DNA from: a virus
DNA length: 64,000 nucleotides
Virus record (IMG/VR): IMGVR_UViG_3300022701_000122
Location: 118,758-182,757 of that record
Reading direction: 5' to 3' (one strand)
Notes under the pieces: model-generated
Told to the model about the DNA's origin: nothing
Database searches by the model: none
What the model saw: only the letters and a program-made list of their open reading frames with translations
In this document: one piece after another, positions 35,064-44,449 of the stretch
Layout of the letters: the number at the start of each line of letters is the position of its first letter
Position numbering within the stretch: position 1 is the stretch's first letter
Program-made: the position numbers and the translations under genes

Positions 35064-35378
35064 ATGGGTGATGGTAAGTTGGGAATGATGAGAGATGATT
35101 ATTGGGAAGTAAGAGATTTATTCTACAGTAGGAAAGTTAAAGCTGATAATAATAATGGAGATTTTATTTCAATTATTAAACAAAAATATGAAGAGAATTC
35201 TAATGCAGATATCGGATCTTATATGAATTGTCCAATATGTAATCGCAAAATAAGAAAAAAATCATATCAACATAAGTTTTGTTCCAATAAAGGAAGTGGT
35301 AATTGTAAAGATCGATATTGGAATATAGTAGATGAAAACCGATTGAAAAGAGCGAAGCTATTCGGGAAAGGAGAATGA
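35064..35378 (+). CDS. Zn-binding hypothetical protein
   Basis: CPICN...FCSNKGSGNCKD; AAGGAG SD. Confidence 0.75.
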   Translation: MGDGKLGMMRDDYWEVRDLFYSRKVKADNNNGDFISIIKQKYEENSNADIGSYMNCPICNRKIRKKSYQHKFCSNKGSGNCKDRYWNIVDENRLKRAKLFGKGE

Positions 35379-35379
35379 T

Positions 35380-36027
35380 ATGGATTTTTACTATAAGATA
35401 CATTCTTATGATAAATGTGATGATGGATCTGCTTGTGAATTATACAAAGTTCCATCATTTGTAAATGGTTATGGATTAGTTGTATTTATTGAGAATTGTA
35501 TTAAAGATAGATTGGAAGAAATAGGTTACAATTTAAAAGAAAATAAAAATAAGATACTGATAGATGCAAAAAAAGTTGTATTAAATGATGAAAAGTCGAT
35601 TCAAACACGATTCTTAATAACTGATATGTCAGTTGTTAAAAAATTACATAAATTATATTCTGTATTTAATAATAATACCAAATTTAATATTTATATGCCA
35701 AAAAATGGCTTAATGGGTATAACTTATTTTCAAGTTGATTTTAATATGCGGGATTGTATATCACCAGCACATATACGTGAACTTAATGATAAATTTTTAT
35801 CTGATTTAAATAAATCATTATTTGTTATAAATGATTGTAAATCAATAGTAGTAACATTAAAAACTGATTATAATCTATTAGTTGAGTTATTAAATAAAAA
35901 GTTTTTGAATGATACTATTGCTATGCATGACATTAAAAAGTTTAAATATGAAATACCAACACAAGATATTAATCTTCAAACCCGATTTAAAGTTAAGTCA
36001 ATAATTGATGGAGGTAAAGTATGGTAG
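35380..36027 (+). CDS. Hypothetical protein
   Basis: ORF. Confidence 0.7.
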   Translation: MDFYYKIHSYDKCDDGSACELYKVPSFVNGYGLVVFIENCIKDRLEEIGYNLKENKNKILIDAKKVVLNDEKSIQTRFLITDMSVVKKLHKLYSVFNNNTKFNIYMPKNGLMGITYFQVDFNMRDCISPAHIRELNDKFLSDLNKSLFVINDCKSIVVTLKTDYNLLVELLNKKFLNDTIAMHDIKKFKYEIPTQDINLQTRFKVKSIIDGGKVW

Positions 36028-36752
36028 ATTTATTGGGTAATAATCGTCCAAGTGAAAGATGTAAGATATTTTTATACACTTTAAGATATAAAGATGATAC
36101 ATCTATAGATGAAAGAATTATTGATAATGTAATTGGTACACGTCATGATGGTTTATATATACCACCATCCGATAAAATTGGATTAGATTTTGTTGATATT
36201 GTAAAAGAAGAAGATGGTTATGATTATCCAGCAACAATATTTTGTAATACTCCAAAAATTAATTGTGTATCATCGATAAACGTATCAGAAAAAATGGCAA
36301 GAAAATTTGGTATATTTAATGCATCATTTGATGTAAAAATAATTTTACCAAGATTATCGTTATCAAAGTATGTGAAAGTTGTAATTTATAAAAATTATTT
36401 AGATATTACTAAATTTGACTTTTGTAAAGTTTGGACATGGGTTAAAAATAGTAGAAAATTTAAAAAAGATTCTGAATACTTTAAACCCGAAAATATAAAA
36501 TCTATAATGATATCATATGAGTTAGACACCGATAGAATATTAAAAACTATATTAAAATATTTAAGAAATAATCAATATGAAAATATTATAATAAATAAAA
36601 TTTTCTATATATGGATTGATTTAAATAAGTCTGTTAATGAATCATTTTTAAATATGGAAGATACCCCCGATTCATATTTTAAAGAATTGGAAGAGGACAA
36701 ATATAATGAAGATAGATATTGTTCTGTTGTAAAAGTAGATTGCAGAACATAA
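36021..36752 (+). CDS. Hypothetical protein
   Basis: ORF; GGAGGT SD. Confidence 0.7.
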   Translation: MVDLLGNNRPSERCKIFLYTLRYKDDTSIDERIIDNVIGTRHDGLYIPPSDKIGLDFVDIVKEEDGYDYPATIFCNTPKINCVSSINVSEKMARKFGIFNASFDVKIILPRLSLSKYVKVVIYKNYLDITKFDFCKVWTWVKNSRKFKKDSEYFKPENIKSIMISYELDTDRILKTILKYLRNNQYENIIINKIFYIWIDLNKSVNESFLNMEDTPDSYFKELEEDKYNEDRYCSVVKVDCRT

Positions 36753-36780
36753 CTTTAAATCATTATATTTGGAGGGGCAA

Positions 36781-37392
36781 ATGAATTTAAATTTCAAGCC
36801 AAACATGCTCGTAAAGTATACTGGATATCCCGCGTGTAACTACATACCAGATGAGTACGCTGATGCCATCGTAGATATCTTCACTGAAGATTTCAATCGA
36901 TATGGTACAACTCTTTATATTCCTTCCGCTTCTCGTGCGTATTCCGCTGCTCGTGGATGTCAATTCAAAGATAATACTTTTGCATTATGTTATCCGACTG
37001 ACAATTCTCAAGAAATGGCTGAACGTACTCAAAACTATACTGCCGAAGAAAGATCAATATGGTATAGAACGAGGCATGAAGTAACTCATCCATTTGAGCG
37101 TCCAATTGTTGAACGAACAAAATACACATTCGTGCCATATAATCTGTTTGATGGTGATGAATTCACAGTTACTGTAATTGATTTAGAAAGAGTGTACCGA
37201 CTTATTCAGCGATTTAAACGATTTTTGCCTGAACAACACTCCATATACATGAATCAAAAAGTATGGACATCAATAGAAGAGATGTGTTCGGAACGAAATC
37301 TTTTAGACACAATTAAAAAGTCAGATACTCGCATGGATGTGAGAGATGTCGAAGATGATTATTATTACTTCATGAAGATCATTCTGAGATAA
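36781..37392 (+). CDS. Hypothetical protein (GC-richer codons)
   Basis: GGAGGGG SD (the track starts at 36769). Confidence 0.7.
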   Translation: MNLNFKPNMLVKYTGYPACNYIPDEYADAIVDIFTEDFNRYGTTLYIPSASRAYSAARGCQFKDNTFALCYPTDNSQEMAERTQNYTAEERSIWYRTRHEVTHPFERPIVERTKYTFVPYNLFDGDEFTVTVIDLERVYRLIQRFKRFLPEQHSIYMNQKVWTSIEEMCSERNLLDTIKKSDTRMDVRDVEDDYYYFMKIILR

Positions 37393-37420
37393 TAATTAAT
37401 CTTTCCAAATTTTTCAGATT

Positions 37421-37455
37421 ATCGGGAAGCTGATTATTATGCTTCCCGATTTTCT
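37421..37455 (+). terminator. Terminator hairpin
   Basis: ATCGGGAAGC / GCTTCCCGAT plus TTTT. Confidence 0.65.
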
Positions 37456-37482
37456 GCGTCTATAAATATTATATGATTTATT

Positions 37483-37683
37483 ATGAGGAGAATTATTATG
37501 TATTTGATTATTGATAAAGACATAACACAAGATGATGTTGGATTTTCTTTCGATTATGATGAAGATGATGTGAATGATGTAAAAAGTGGTGATAAAATAA
37601 TTATTGATTTAGATACTGAAGAAGTTATGTCTGTCGATGATTATGGTAATACTTGTTGGGATACTATATTGCATAGGGGTTAA
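37483..37683 (+). CDS. Small acidic hypothetical protein
   Basis: ORF; likely start at MYLII. Confidence 0.6.
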   Translation: MRRIIMYLIIDKDITQDDVGFSFDYDEDDVNDVKSGDKIIIDLDTEEVMSVDDYGNTCWDTILHRG

Positions 37684-37687
37684 ATTA

Positions 37688-37852
37688 ATGAATAAAAGAA
37701 TAATATGCCCAAATTGCAATAAGAAAGCCATTGTGTATTGGAAACAGATTCATGGTATTCGTTTGATGAAAGAGCGAAATGGGTCTTTCTTCTATGAATG
37801 TAAATGCTCTGATTGTGGTTGGATATGGGAGACGAAAAGGAAAGAACAGTAA
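37688..37852 (+). CDS. Small Zn-ribbon protein
   Basis: CPNC...CSDCGW (the track starts at 37637). Confidence 0.65.
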   Translation: MNKRIICPNCNKKAIVYWKQIHGIRLMKERNGSFFYECKCSDCGWIWETKRKEQ

Positions 37853-38037
37853 TGAATTATCGAGAATATAATTGGTTAGATACCAAAAGAAATATTCCAA
37901 TGTATGGAATTCAAGCTCAGATCGAAAAAGACGGAAAATGGTTTAATACTTCAGAAAGAGGAAAACCATTAATCTTTGAAAGTAAGAGTGAACGAGATCT
38001 AAAATTGAAAGAATTAAAAAAATATGTGAGGAAATAA
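37852..38037 (+). CDS. Small hypothetical protein
   Basis: TAATG coupling (the track starts at 37813). Confidence 0.6.
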   Translation: MNYREYNWLDTKRNIPMYGIQAQIEKDGKWFNTSERGKPLIFESKSERDLKLKELKKYVRK

Positions 38038-38039
38038 TC

Positions 38040-38303
38040 ATGCCATTATTTATGTGTTCCAAGTGTAAATGTGTAGAGAATACAGCTTTAACTGATTATG
38101 CCTATAGAATTGGAATGCTGAAAGAAGAGCCATTATGTTCAGAATGTTCACCAATAACGAATAAATGGCATGATGAATTTGAAAAGATGGATGCAAAATG
38201 GTGGTTTGTAGATCAATATAGATATTTATGGAAAGAAAAAGAACATATACCAAAACATTTTAAATGTATTGGTGTAATAGGAGATGATTATAAAGTTTCT
38301 TAA
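38040..38303 (+). CDS. Small Zn-binding hypothetical protein
   Basis: CSKCKCVENTA...LCSEC. Confidence 0.7.
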   Translation: MPLFMCSKCKCVENTALTDYAYRIGMLKEEPLCSECSPITNKWHDEFEKMDAKWWFVDQYRYLWKEKEHIPKHFKCIGVIGDDYKVS

Positions 38304-38313
38304 ACACCTTTAA

Positions 38314-38385
38314 GCCCGCATAACTCAGTTGGTAGAGTGCTGGATTTGTAATCCAGATGCGTCAGTTCGAATCTGACTGTGGGCT
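38314..38385 (+). tRNA. tRNA-Thr(TGT), no encoded CCA
   Basis: GCCCGCA/TGTGGGC acceptor; CTGGA-TTTGTAA-TCCAG; GTTCGAATC. Confidence 0.9.
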
Positions 38386-38415
38386 TACATTATTTTAAAC
38401 TATGGAGAATTTATC

Positions 38416-38670
38416 ATGACTGAATTAGATCAAGACAAAGTATACAAATGTGATGAGTGTGATGCAACATTTAAAAGAAATGAAATGAAATTCATAGAAC
38501 CAAGTGATAATATTTCAATTCTTACGCCTCTATCCCCATTTATTTATGCAGATAAAGATGGTAATCCTATAGGTGGATCTGAACAACCATCAAAAGAAAA
38601 GGGCGATAAAATATTAGCATGTCCAAAATGTGGGCAAATTCACTTATATGGATTTGATTTAATTGGGTGA
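38416..38670 (+). CDS. Small Zn-ribbon protein
   Basis: CDEC...CPKCG; GGAG SD. Confidence 0.7.
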   Translation: MTELDQDKVYKCDECDATFKRNEMKFIEPSDNISILTPLSPFIYADKDGNPIGGSEQPSKEKGDKILACPKCGQIHLYGFDLIG

Positions 38671-38674
38671 CTAT

Positions 38675-38971
38675 ATGATTTTACGTTCACGAGATAGAGT
38701 GTATAATACTTATTCTATTGAATATTCTTTTAATCCTGAAAGATTCGATGATAACTTTTATGATGTTACTTTTGAAGTTGAATCAAATAACTGTCAAAAG
38801 TTTTATGATAATAATAATCGGGTGGTTGAAATATTTATAGTTAGAATGAAACATAGACGCAAAGATTCTAACCCATCTGGTTGTATATTTTTAAATGGGT
38901 ATCTTATCTATAATGGAATATTATTTAATAATATAGTTGATAGATTATATGATAATGGTGTTTTTATATAA
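38675..38971 (+). CDS. Protein, C-terminal motif family
   Basis: Ends FNNIVDRLYDNGVFI (the track starts at 38663). Confidence 0.65.
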   Translation: MILRSRDRVYNTYSIEYSFNPERFDDNFYDVTFEVESNNCQKFYDNNNRVVEIFIVRMKHRRKDSNPSGCIFLNGYLIYNGILFNNIVDRLYDNGVFI

Positions 38972-38992
38972 ATTATACAATAGGAATTTATC

Positions 38993-39256
38993 ATGCTTTT
39001 AAATATTGGAAATAATCGACTGGTTGTATTAAATAATATAGATCGTCTATTAAATCAATATAATGATTATGAACATATAGTAGACATAAAAGTTAATCAA
39101 TATAAGTATAAGTATTATGTCCCATATTTATTTATAGTTACTATATCATTTATAAATATTAATACTTCTAATTCTCAAACAAATAAATGGATATGTTTTG
39201 AATTTATTTCTATTTATAATGTTTTGAATAATATATGTAATGGGGTGATTATATGA
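38993..39256 (+). CDS. Protein, C-terminal motif family
   Basis: Ends ISIYNVLNNICNGVII. Confidence 0.65.
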   Translation: MLLNIGNNRLVVLNNIDRLLNQYNDYEHIVDIKVNQYKYKYYVPYLFIVTISFININTSNSQTNKWICFEFISIYNVLNNICNGVII

Positions 39257-39504
39257 ATAAAAAATTTAATGAATTTATGGATAATTTCATTCATGATTTT
39301 TATGATCGTGGTGGATCTCATTTTGATGTATATAAATCATCTACCGATTATAAATCTAAATATTATAATGATGAATATCCAATATCTATAGATATATATA
39401 CGCATGAAGGTGTATATTGTATTACTCATATATTAACTGAAAAGTGTTGTATATCTTTATTTGACATTTATCAAAATATATCATGTGGCCTTATATTGGA
39501 GTAA
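39253..39504 (+). CDS. Protein, C-terminal motif family
   Basis: Ends ISLFDIYQNISCGLILE. Confidence 0.65.
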   Translation: MNKKFNEFMDNFIHDFYDRGGSHFDVYKSSTDYKSKYYNDEYPISIDIYTHEGVYCITHILTEKCCISLFDIYQNISCGLILE

Positions 39505-39508
39505 TATT

Positions 39509-39766
39509 ATGACGATAAGATTAACCGATAATATCAGAGATGTTTTATGTTACATAGATCTTTATAAAAGAAATTATAAGTATAATACAATGAGAGTTAA
39601 ATATTGTTCACCCAATGAGTATGGAGTTTTAGTTTACGATAATACTTATTCGTTTGGATTAGTATTACACAATGGGTCATTTGGACATACTATATATCTA
39701 AATGACAAAGATTGTGTACTTTTTGATAAAATATATAGTATGTCGAGTGGGCTTATTTTAAACTGA
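39509..39766 (+). CDS. Protein, C-terminal motif family
   Basis: Ends VLFDKIYSMSSGLILN (the track starts at 39461). Confidence 0.65.
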   Translation: MTIRLTDNIRDVLCYIDLYKRNYKYNTMRVKYCSPNEYGVLVYDNTYSFGLVLHNGSFGHTIYLNDKDCVLFDKIYSMSSGLILN

Positions 39767-39843
39767 AGTGGCGTGGTCGAGTGGTTTAAGACACATGATT
39801 TTGGCTCATGTTTTCGCTGGTTCAAATCCAGCCGCCACTTCCA
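39767..39843 (+). tRNA. tRNA-Gln(TTG)
   Basis: AGTGGCG/CGCCACT acceptor; CATGA-TTTTGGC-TCATG; GTTCAAATC; T73 + CCA. Confidence 0.88.
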
Positions 39844-39861
39844 TATAAAAAAGGGATTATT

Positions 39862-40293
39862 ATGGGATGGATTATAAAGAATAAAGGTATAACCATGACA
39901 AGTGATATGTGTGAACATAAGCTTGTTAATAGTATAGGGTTAGAAAACTGCAGTTTATTGGATTATAAATTATATACGATTACAAAATGTGATAGAATAA
40001 GATGTCCGATTAAAGAAACTAATTATGCAGAAATAACTAAAAACGAACCAGTAAAATATTTATTTCTTGATATTGATCCAAGAAATTATGAATTTTTTAC
40101 TGGAAAAGGTTATGCACGTAGTGATGTTGAAGCTGTTAAAAATGGTCAACTTGCTATAGTCGATTTAGAAACATTATCGATGATGGTTGTTTTTGATAAT
40201 ATTGTTAAATGGGTTAAAATCGATCATTCAGTTATTAGAGATAAATTGGCTATAGAAAATAAACTATATATGTTGAATAACGAAAAAACTTAA
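39862..40293 (+). CDS. Hypothetical protein
   Basis: Start MGWIIK; the track start at 39808 overlaps the tRNA. Confidence 0.7.
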   Translation: MGWIIKNKGITMTSDMCEHKLVNSIGLENCSLLDYKLYTITKCDRIRCPIKETNYAEITKNEPVKYLFLDIDPRNYEFFTGKGYARSDVEAVKNGQLAIVDLETLSMMVVFDNIVKWVKIDHSVIRDKLAIENKLYMLNNEKT

Positions 40294-40299
40294 TTATTT

Positions 40300-40389
40300 C
40301 CTGGGGTATCCAAGTGGCTCAAAGGACACGGGCTGTAAACCCGTTGGCCTATATGGTCTTCGAAGGTTCGAATCCTTCCCCCAGGACCA
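40300..40389 (+). tRNA. tRNA-Tyr(GTA) with long variable arm and C1:G72
   Basis: CCTGGGG/CCCCAGG acceptor; ACGGG-CTGTAAA-CCCGT; GTTCGAATC; A73 + CCA. Confidence 0.92.
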
Positions 40390-40631
40390 TTTTCATTTAT
40401 TAATGGAGATTTTATAATGACGATTTTAATGAAACAATCTGGAAAAGTGAACTACCCAGCGACTGCTAAAGCAGATCACGGGGTTTCCTACTCTGGCGAA
40501 TTATAAAATTAAACATAATAATAGAAAGATAGACGATATATTTAAAGTTATGGAAAGTAATAAAATATTTGCATCTCATGATAGATCAATAGAATTTTTA
40601 TTTCTGTAGAGATAGAAAAAAGGAGGCTTAT

Positions 40632-40949
40632 ATGCCGATTATATTTATAGATGAAGGAATAGTGACTGAAATAAATAACTTCGTTTTATCATTAGATGAT
40701 AATCCAGATAGTTCTGTTAGCATAGTACTATATGATAGATTAGAAGTTGGTGATAATTATCGTTCCCCGAAAAAGATAACTCTACGGGAACTTTTTGCTG
40801 TTCCGAGTATAGGGGTATACTACGGAGATATTCTCAGAAAAGCGCAAGTCGAATTGGAGAGGATATTATATAAAATAATTAAGAATAGAGCAGATAAAGG
40901 GGAAACTGTTATTTATGAATCTGGAAGCATAGTATTAATACTTAAATAA
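40632..40949 (+). CDS. Hypothetical protein
   Basis: AGGAGG SD. Confidence 0.75.
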   Translation: MPIIFIDEGIVTEINNFVLSLDDNPDSSVSIVLYDRLEVGDNYRSPKKITLRELFAVPSIGVYYGDILRKAQVELERILYKIIKNRADKGETVIYESGSIVLILK

Positions 40950-40968
40950 TTATAGGAGAATAGTTATA

Positions 40969-41319
40969 ATGAATAGATCTGAAGAAATAGAAGAAAAAAT
41001 GAAAAGAATAGATGAACTGAATGATGAAAAGAATGCTTTAATGGTTAAGCTAAAACGATCATTACAAATACAAGAAATTTGGCCCGATGCATTTGATTAT
41101 GGATCAGTAGTTTGTTCTTTATCTGGAAATATTCATAAAGATGAACTTATGTTTTCTATAAGAAATGGTAAAGATGAAGTAAGACTTTTTAAATTGGAAG
41201 AAGTTCCAATACATCTATTAGAGCATCAGATAGATATTCAAAAAAAGAAAGTCAATGACCATTTCAAACGTATGTTTGATAATATATTAAAAGATATTAA
41301 GAAGAGAAAAGGTGGTTGA
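40969..41319 (+). CDS. Hypothetical protein
   Basis: AGGAG SD. Confidence 0.75.
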   Translation: MNRSEEIEEKMKRIDELNDEKNALMVKLKRSLQIQEIWPDAFDYGSVVCSLSGNIHKDELMFSIRNGKDEVRLFKLEEVPIHLLEHQIDIQKKKVNDHFKRMFDNILKDIKKRKGG

Positions 41320-41771
41320 AAATGGATTGGATTAAATTTGGTGTTTTTGTGATTGGTGGGATATTTGGATTTATACTGATTTATATAACAAAACATTTAA
41401 TAATTATGTTTAATAATAATAAATCGAAAAAAACTAAAGAATTATCACCATCAGAAGAACTTATAAGAATAATCATGAAAGAAGAAGAAAAGAATATAAA
41501 GAATAATAATGAATATGATAAATTGAAGGGTACTTATGATATGTTGATGAAGATGATTGATTCTGAAAAATTACAAGTCGATAGATATAGATTATTTAGA
41601 GAATATGAAAAATTACAATCAAAAATAGATTGTATTAATAAACCAAAAGAGAAAGTATATTATGCAAATGAAGTTACAATCAAAAATAAAAATATGAGAG
41701 ATAAGAAATTGAGAAAAGAACTTGGTATTCAAACATTCAATAATTTTCATAGTACTGAATGGGGCGAATAA
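41316..41771 (+). CDS. Membrane-anchored coiled-coil protein
   Basis: N-terminal hydrophobic helix. Confidence 0.7.
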   Translation: MKMDWIKFGVFVIGGIFGFILIYITKHLIIMFNNNKSKKTKELSPSEELIRIIMKEEEKNIKNNNEYDKLKGTYDMLMKMIDSEKLQVDRYRLFREYEKLQSKIDCINKPKEKVYYANEVTIKNKNMRDKKLRKELGIQTFNNFHSTEWGE

Positions 41772-42061
41772 TGGAAAAGACAAAGTTTGAAAAATATTTA
41801 AATAATATGCTTGATGAAGATGATCCATGTAGAGAATACATTCATAATATTATATTATTAAATAAAACTATAAGTGATTTATATAATTCTAATAGATATA
41901 AATATCATGATTTTAACGATATAGATATTGGTTTTAAGTGTGTTTTAACCATCGATGTAATTGGTTCCGATAATAAAGCTTATAATCATATAGTAGTTTT
42001 AGAAGATCCAATTACTATAGATATTATAATTTATAAAATAGAATATGGATTTATTATTTGA
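41771..42061 (+). CDS. Protein, C-terminal motif family
   Basis: Ends EDPITIDIIIYKIEYGFII (the track starts at 41759). Confidence 0.65.
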   Translation: MEKTKFEKYLNNMLDEDDPCREYIHNIILLNKTISDLYNSNRYKYHDFNDIDIGFKCVLTIDVIGSDNKAYNHIVVLEDPITIDIIIYKIEYGFII

Positions 42062-42097
42062 TTCTTTCAAGCAGGACAAACAAATGGAGAGATTATT

Positions 42098-42424
42098 ATG
42101 ATTAGTTTGTTTTTATTTGTGAGTGTAGTTACGAATGTCATATTGGCTGCTATGCTGTGTCAATCAAGATTACATGAAGAAGCATATCGAAATAAAATAA
42201 TCAAACTCAGTTGTGCAACTGATGATATAGTTGATGAATTTACAAATCTTGTTCTTGAAAGAGATAGAAAAAATGATGAGAATAAAATAAGTGTAGAAGA
42301 TCGATTATTTGAAAAATATGATGCTTTCAATGATATGATAAAATCTGGAACTTTAAATGTAACCGAAGATGAATTGAGACAATTCATGCTTAAAGCTAAG
42401 ATAAAAAAACTTATTGTTGATTAA
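42098..42424 (+). CDS. Membrane-anchored hypothetical protein
   Basis: N-terminal hydrophobic helix; GGAGAG SD. Confidence 0.7.
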   Translation: MISLFLFVSVVTNVILAAMLCQSRLHEEAYRNKIIKLSCATDDIVDEFTNLVLERDRKNDENKISVEDRLFEKYDAFNDMIKSGTLNVTEDELRQFMLKAKIKKLIVD

Positions 42425-42443
42425 ATATATATTCAACTGACTA

Positions 42444-42455
42444 TATATATTAAAT
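42444..42455 (+). promoter_or_regulatory. TATATATTAAAT candidate promoter of the tRNA/ncRNA operon
   Basis: Exact copy 30 nt before tRNA-Leu. Confidence 0.6.
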
Positions 42456-42484
42456 TATAATCAAAGATCAATTTAGATTTTTGT

Positions 42485-42569
42485 GCCGGGATGATGGAAT
42501 CAGGTCTACATATCGGACTTAAAATCCGAGGTCATTGCGACCGTGCGGGTTCGAGTCCCGCTCCCGGTA
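42485..42569 (+). tRNA. tRNA-Leu(TAA)
   Basis: GCCGGGA/TCCCGGT acceptor; TCGGA-CTTAAAA-TCCGA; long variable arm; GTTCGAGTC. Confidence 0.92.
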
Positions 42570-42587
42570 CTCAATTAATCTTTGATT

Positions 42588-44082
42588 TTATAATGAGCAC
42601 AATCTTTATTTATCAATATTTAATCCGTTTGGTTGATTCGTGCCGAGTCAAGATTGTGTTCATTATAAACTGATCGAGCAAAACGAGAACATCATGCACT
42701 CGAAAGAGATTGGTGTTCATTCCGTTTACAAACACCGATGCTCGATCAGTTTACTATGAGTACAACGTTATCTGTTGCTTGATGGGGAAGCTATGGCTCA
42801 AGCAACGTATATAAATCTTATAAGGTTTATATATTATGATAACGTTGTATTCATCAATTTAAAGAGATTGAAGATTTTGTTGTTGATTTTCGTGGCAGTC
42901 AATCAATAACGAGATCTTCAACTCTTAATTAGTATATTGTAATATGGTTCCATGCATTTGTCGGATAAAATGTCGTCCATGTAGTGGATGATTAAAGCTA
43001 ATCCGATACAATCATAGTACACGTAAATGTGCATGATTGATGCATTGAGACGCGGCTGTGGTGGTCGTGTCAAAACGGCAGTAAGATGTCGTGATTATTT
43101 TGCGATGAGTGCAGATAATCAAAGATCGGTGATTAATTTACGTTAATCATTGCAATGTGTCATCGGTCATATTCAGGGAGTATTGTCTAACCAACGAGTC
43201 TCCCTGCATGGAATCATATTAGAATATATTAGTCGTCGTCAATCAGCAACTCTTCGCTTTTATGTCATGGGCGTTGAGTGTAAGACTGATTGGCCTGTGA
43301 GTAATCGGATAAATATTAAGGAAGGAGGTGATACCCACATATGAGTTTGATATAACGATAAGATAAGGGCATCGGCGGTTATTATTCATACCGGATGTAT
43401 AATCGCCACAAACGATGGTGCCCGATTTGGTTTCTCAGATGGGGAGATGGTAAAAAGTAGAATACCCACTCAAACTGTCCCATTTCCCCATTTGAGTCTT
43501 TTATATATGTATTAATCTGGTCACAAGTTTGAGAGCTTTACGGTTGCGGCAGACAACCCCTTCTTCTCTCTAATGATTACGATATTATTTAATCCTATTT
43601 CTCGTATCGTAATCATGGCTTGTGATCAGATTAATGCATATATATGCAAATGCTTTGATTTGGGTTCTCTTAATAAGTTCTTAGACCTTGATCGGTGACG
43701 CAAACTGTCAATGTTGGGGAACTCAAATCATTCAATTTATATGTAGTAAACTGATCATGAGACTCGCTTGCATGTATATGGAATATGGTACGCGCATACC
43801 ATCCTCCCACATACATGCCCATGATCAGTTTAGTGTGTATAAGTTATCTTAAATTTTAATATGCCTATGGAATAATCACAGAATCCCTGCCGATTGGCGG
43901 CATTAATGGTTATGGTTATTTCTAAATAAAATAAAAGGGATAGTAAATGAGTCGGTTTCTAACTCCTTTCTGACTCATTTGCGATAGAGATGCATTTATG
44001 TGACGGAATTAATATTTGATGGATTTTAATATCCATTCCACATCTCGTATAAAAATTCCATAGGCATATTAAAGTTCAAGAT
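42588..44082 (+). ncRNA. Array of back-to-back RNA units closed by long stems
   Basis: Stems of about 13-21 bp close 42588-42668, 42667-42752, 42756-42854, 42862-42926, 42942-43219, 43434-43496, 43507-43639, 43656-43730, 43747-43832 and 43846-44082; mismatches are mostly G-U compatible; no credible ORF. Confidence 0.7.
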
Positions 44083-44102
44083 ATATTGTAATTTAATTAT
44101 GT

Positions 44103-44179
44103 GGACCCTTCGCCAAGTCTGGTAAGGCCATCGGCTCATAACCGATCATTCGCTGGTTCGAATCCAGCAGGGTCCACCA
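44103..44179 (+). tRNA. tRNA(CAT): elongator Met or lysidine-type Ile2
   Basis: GGACCCT/AGGGTCC acceptor; ATCGG-CTCATAA-CCGAT; no initiator GGG/CCC; CCA. Confidence 0.9.
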
Positions 44180-44279
44180 CTCTTAATTATTTGATTTTAT
44201 TAAATATATTTTTTATTTAGAAAGTAATTGGAGAAGAGTTATGAATTAGATCGATTACTTTATAATATATAATTCATAT

Positions 44280-44369
44280 GGAAGAGTGGCTGAGTGGTTT
44301 AAAGCAATGGTCTTGAAAACCATCGACGTTTAAAAGCGTCCGGAGGTTCGAATCCTCTCTCTTCCGCCA
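44280..44369 (+). tRNA. tRNA-Ser(TGA)
   Basis: GGAAGAG/CTCTTCC acceptor; ATGGT-CTTGAAA-ACCAT; long variable arm; G73 + CCA. Confidence 0.93.
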
Positions 44370-44449
44370 TCAAAAACATGCAGTTAACCAGAAAACCAAT
44401 CAGAAAGGAGGTAACATGATGATAAGAATAAGAGATCATGATAGATAAT

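Noticed and set aside
42491-43344. ORFs 42491..42673 and 43150..43344
   Set aside because: They overlap tRNA-Leu or the stem-closed RNA units, lack an SD and have atypical composition.
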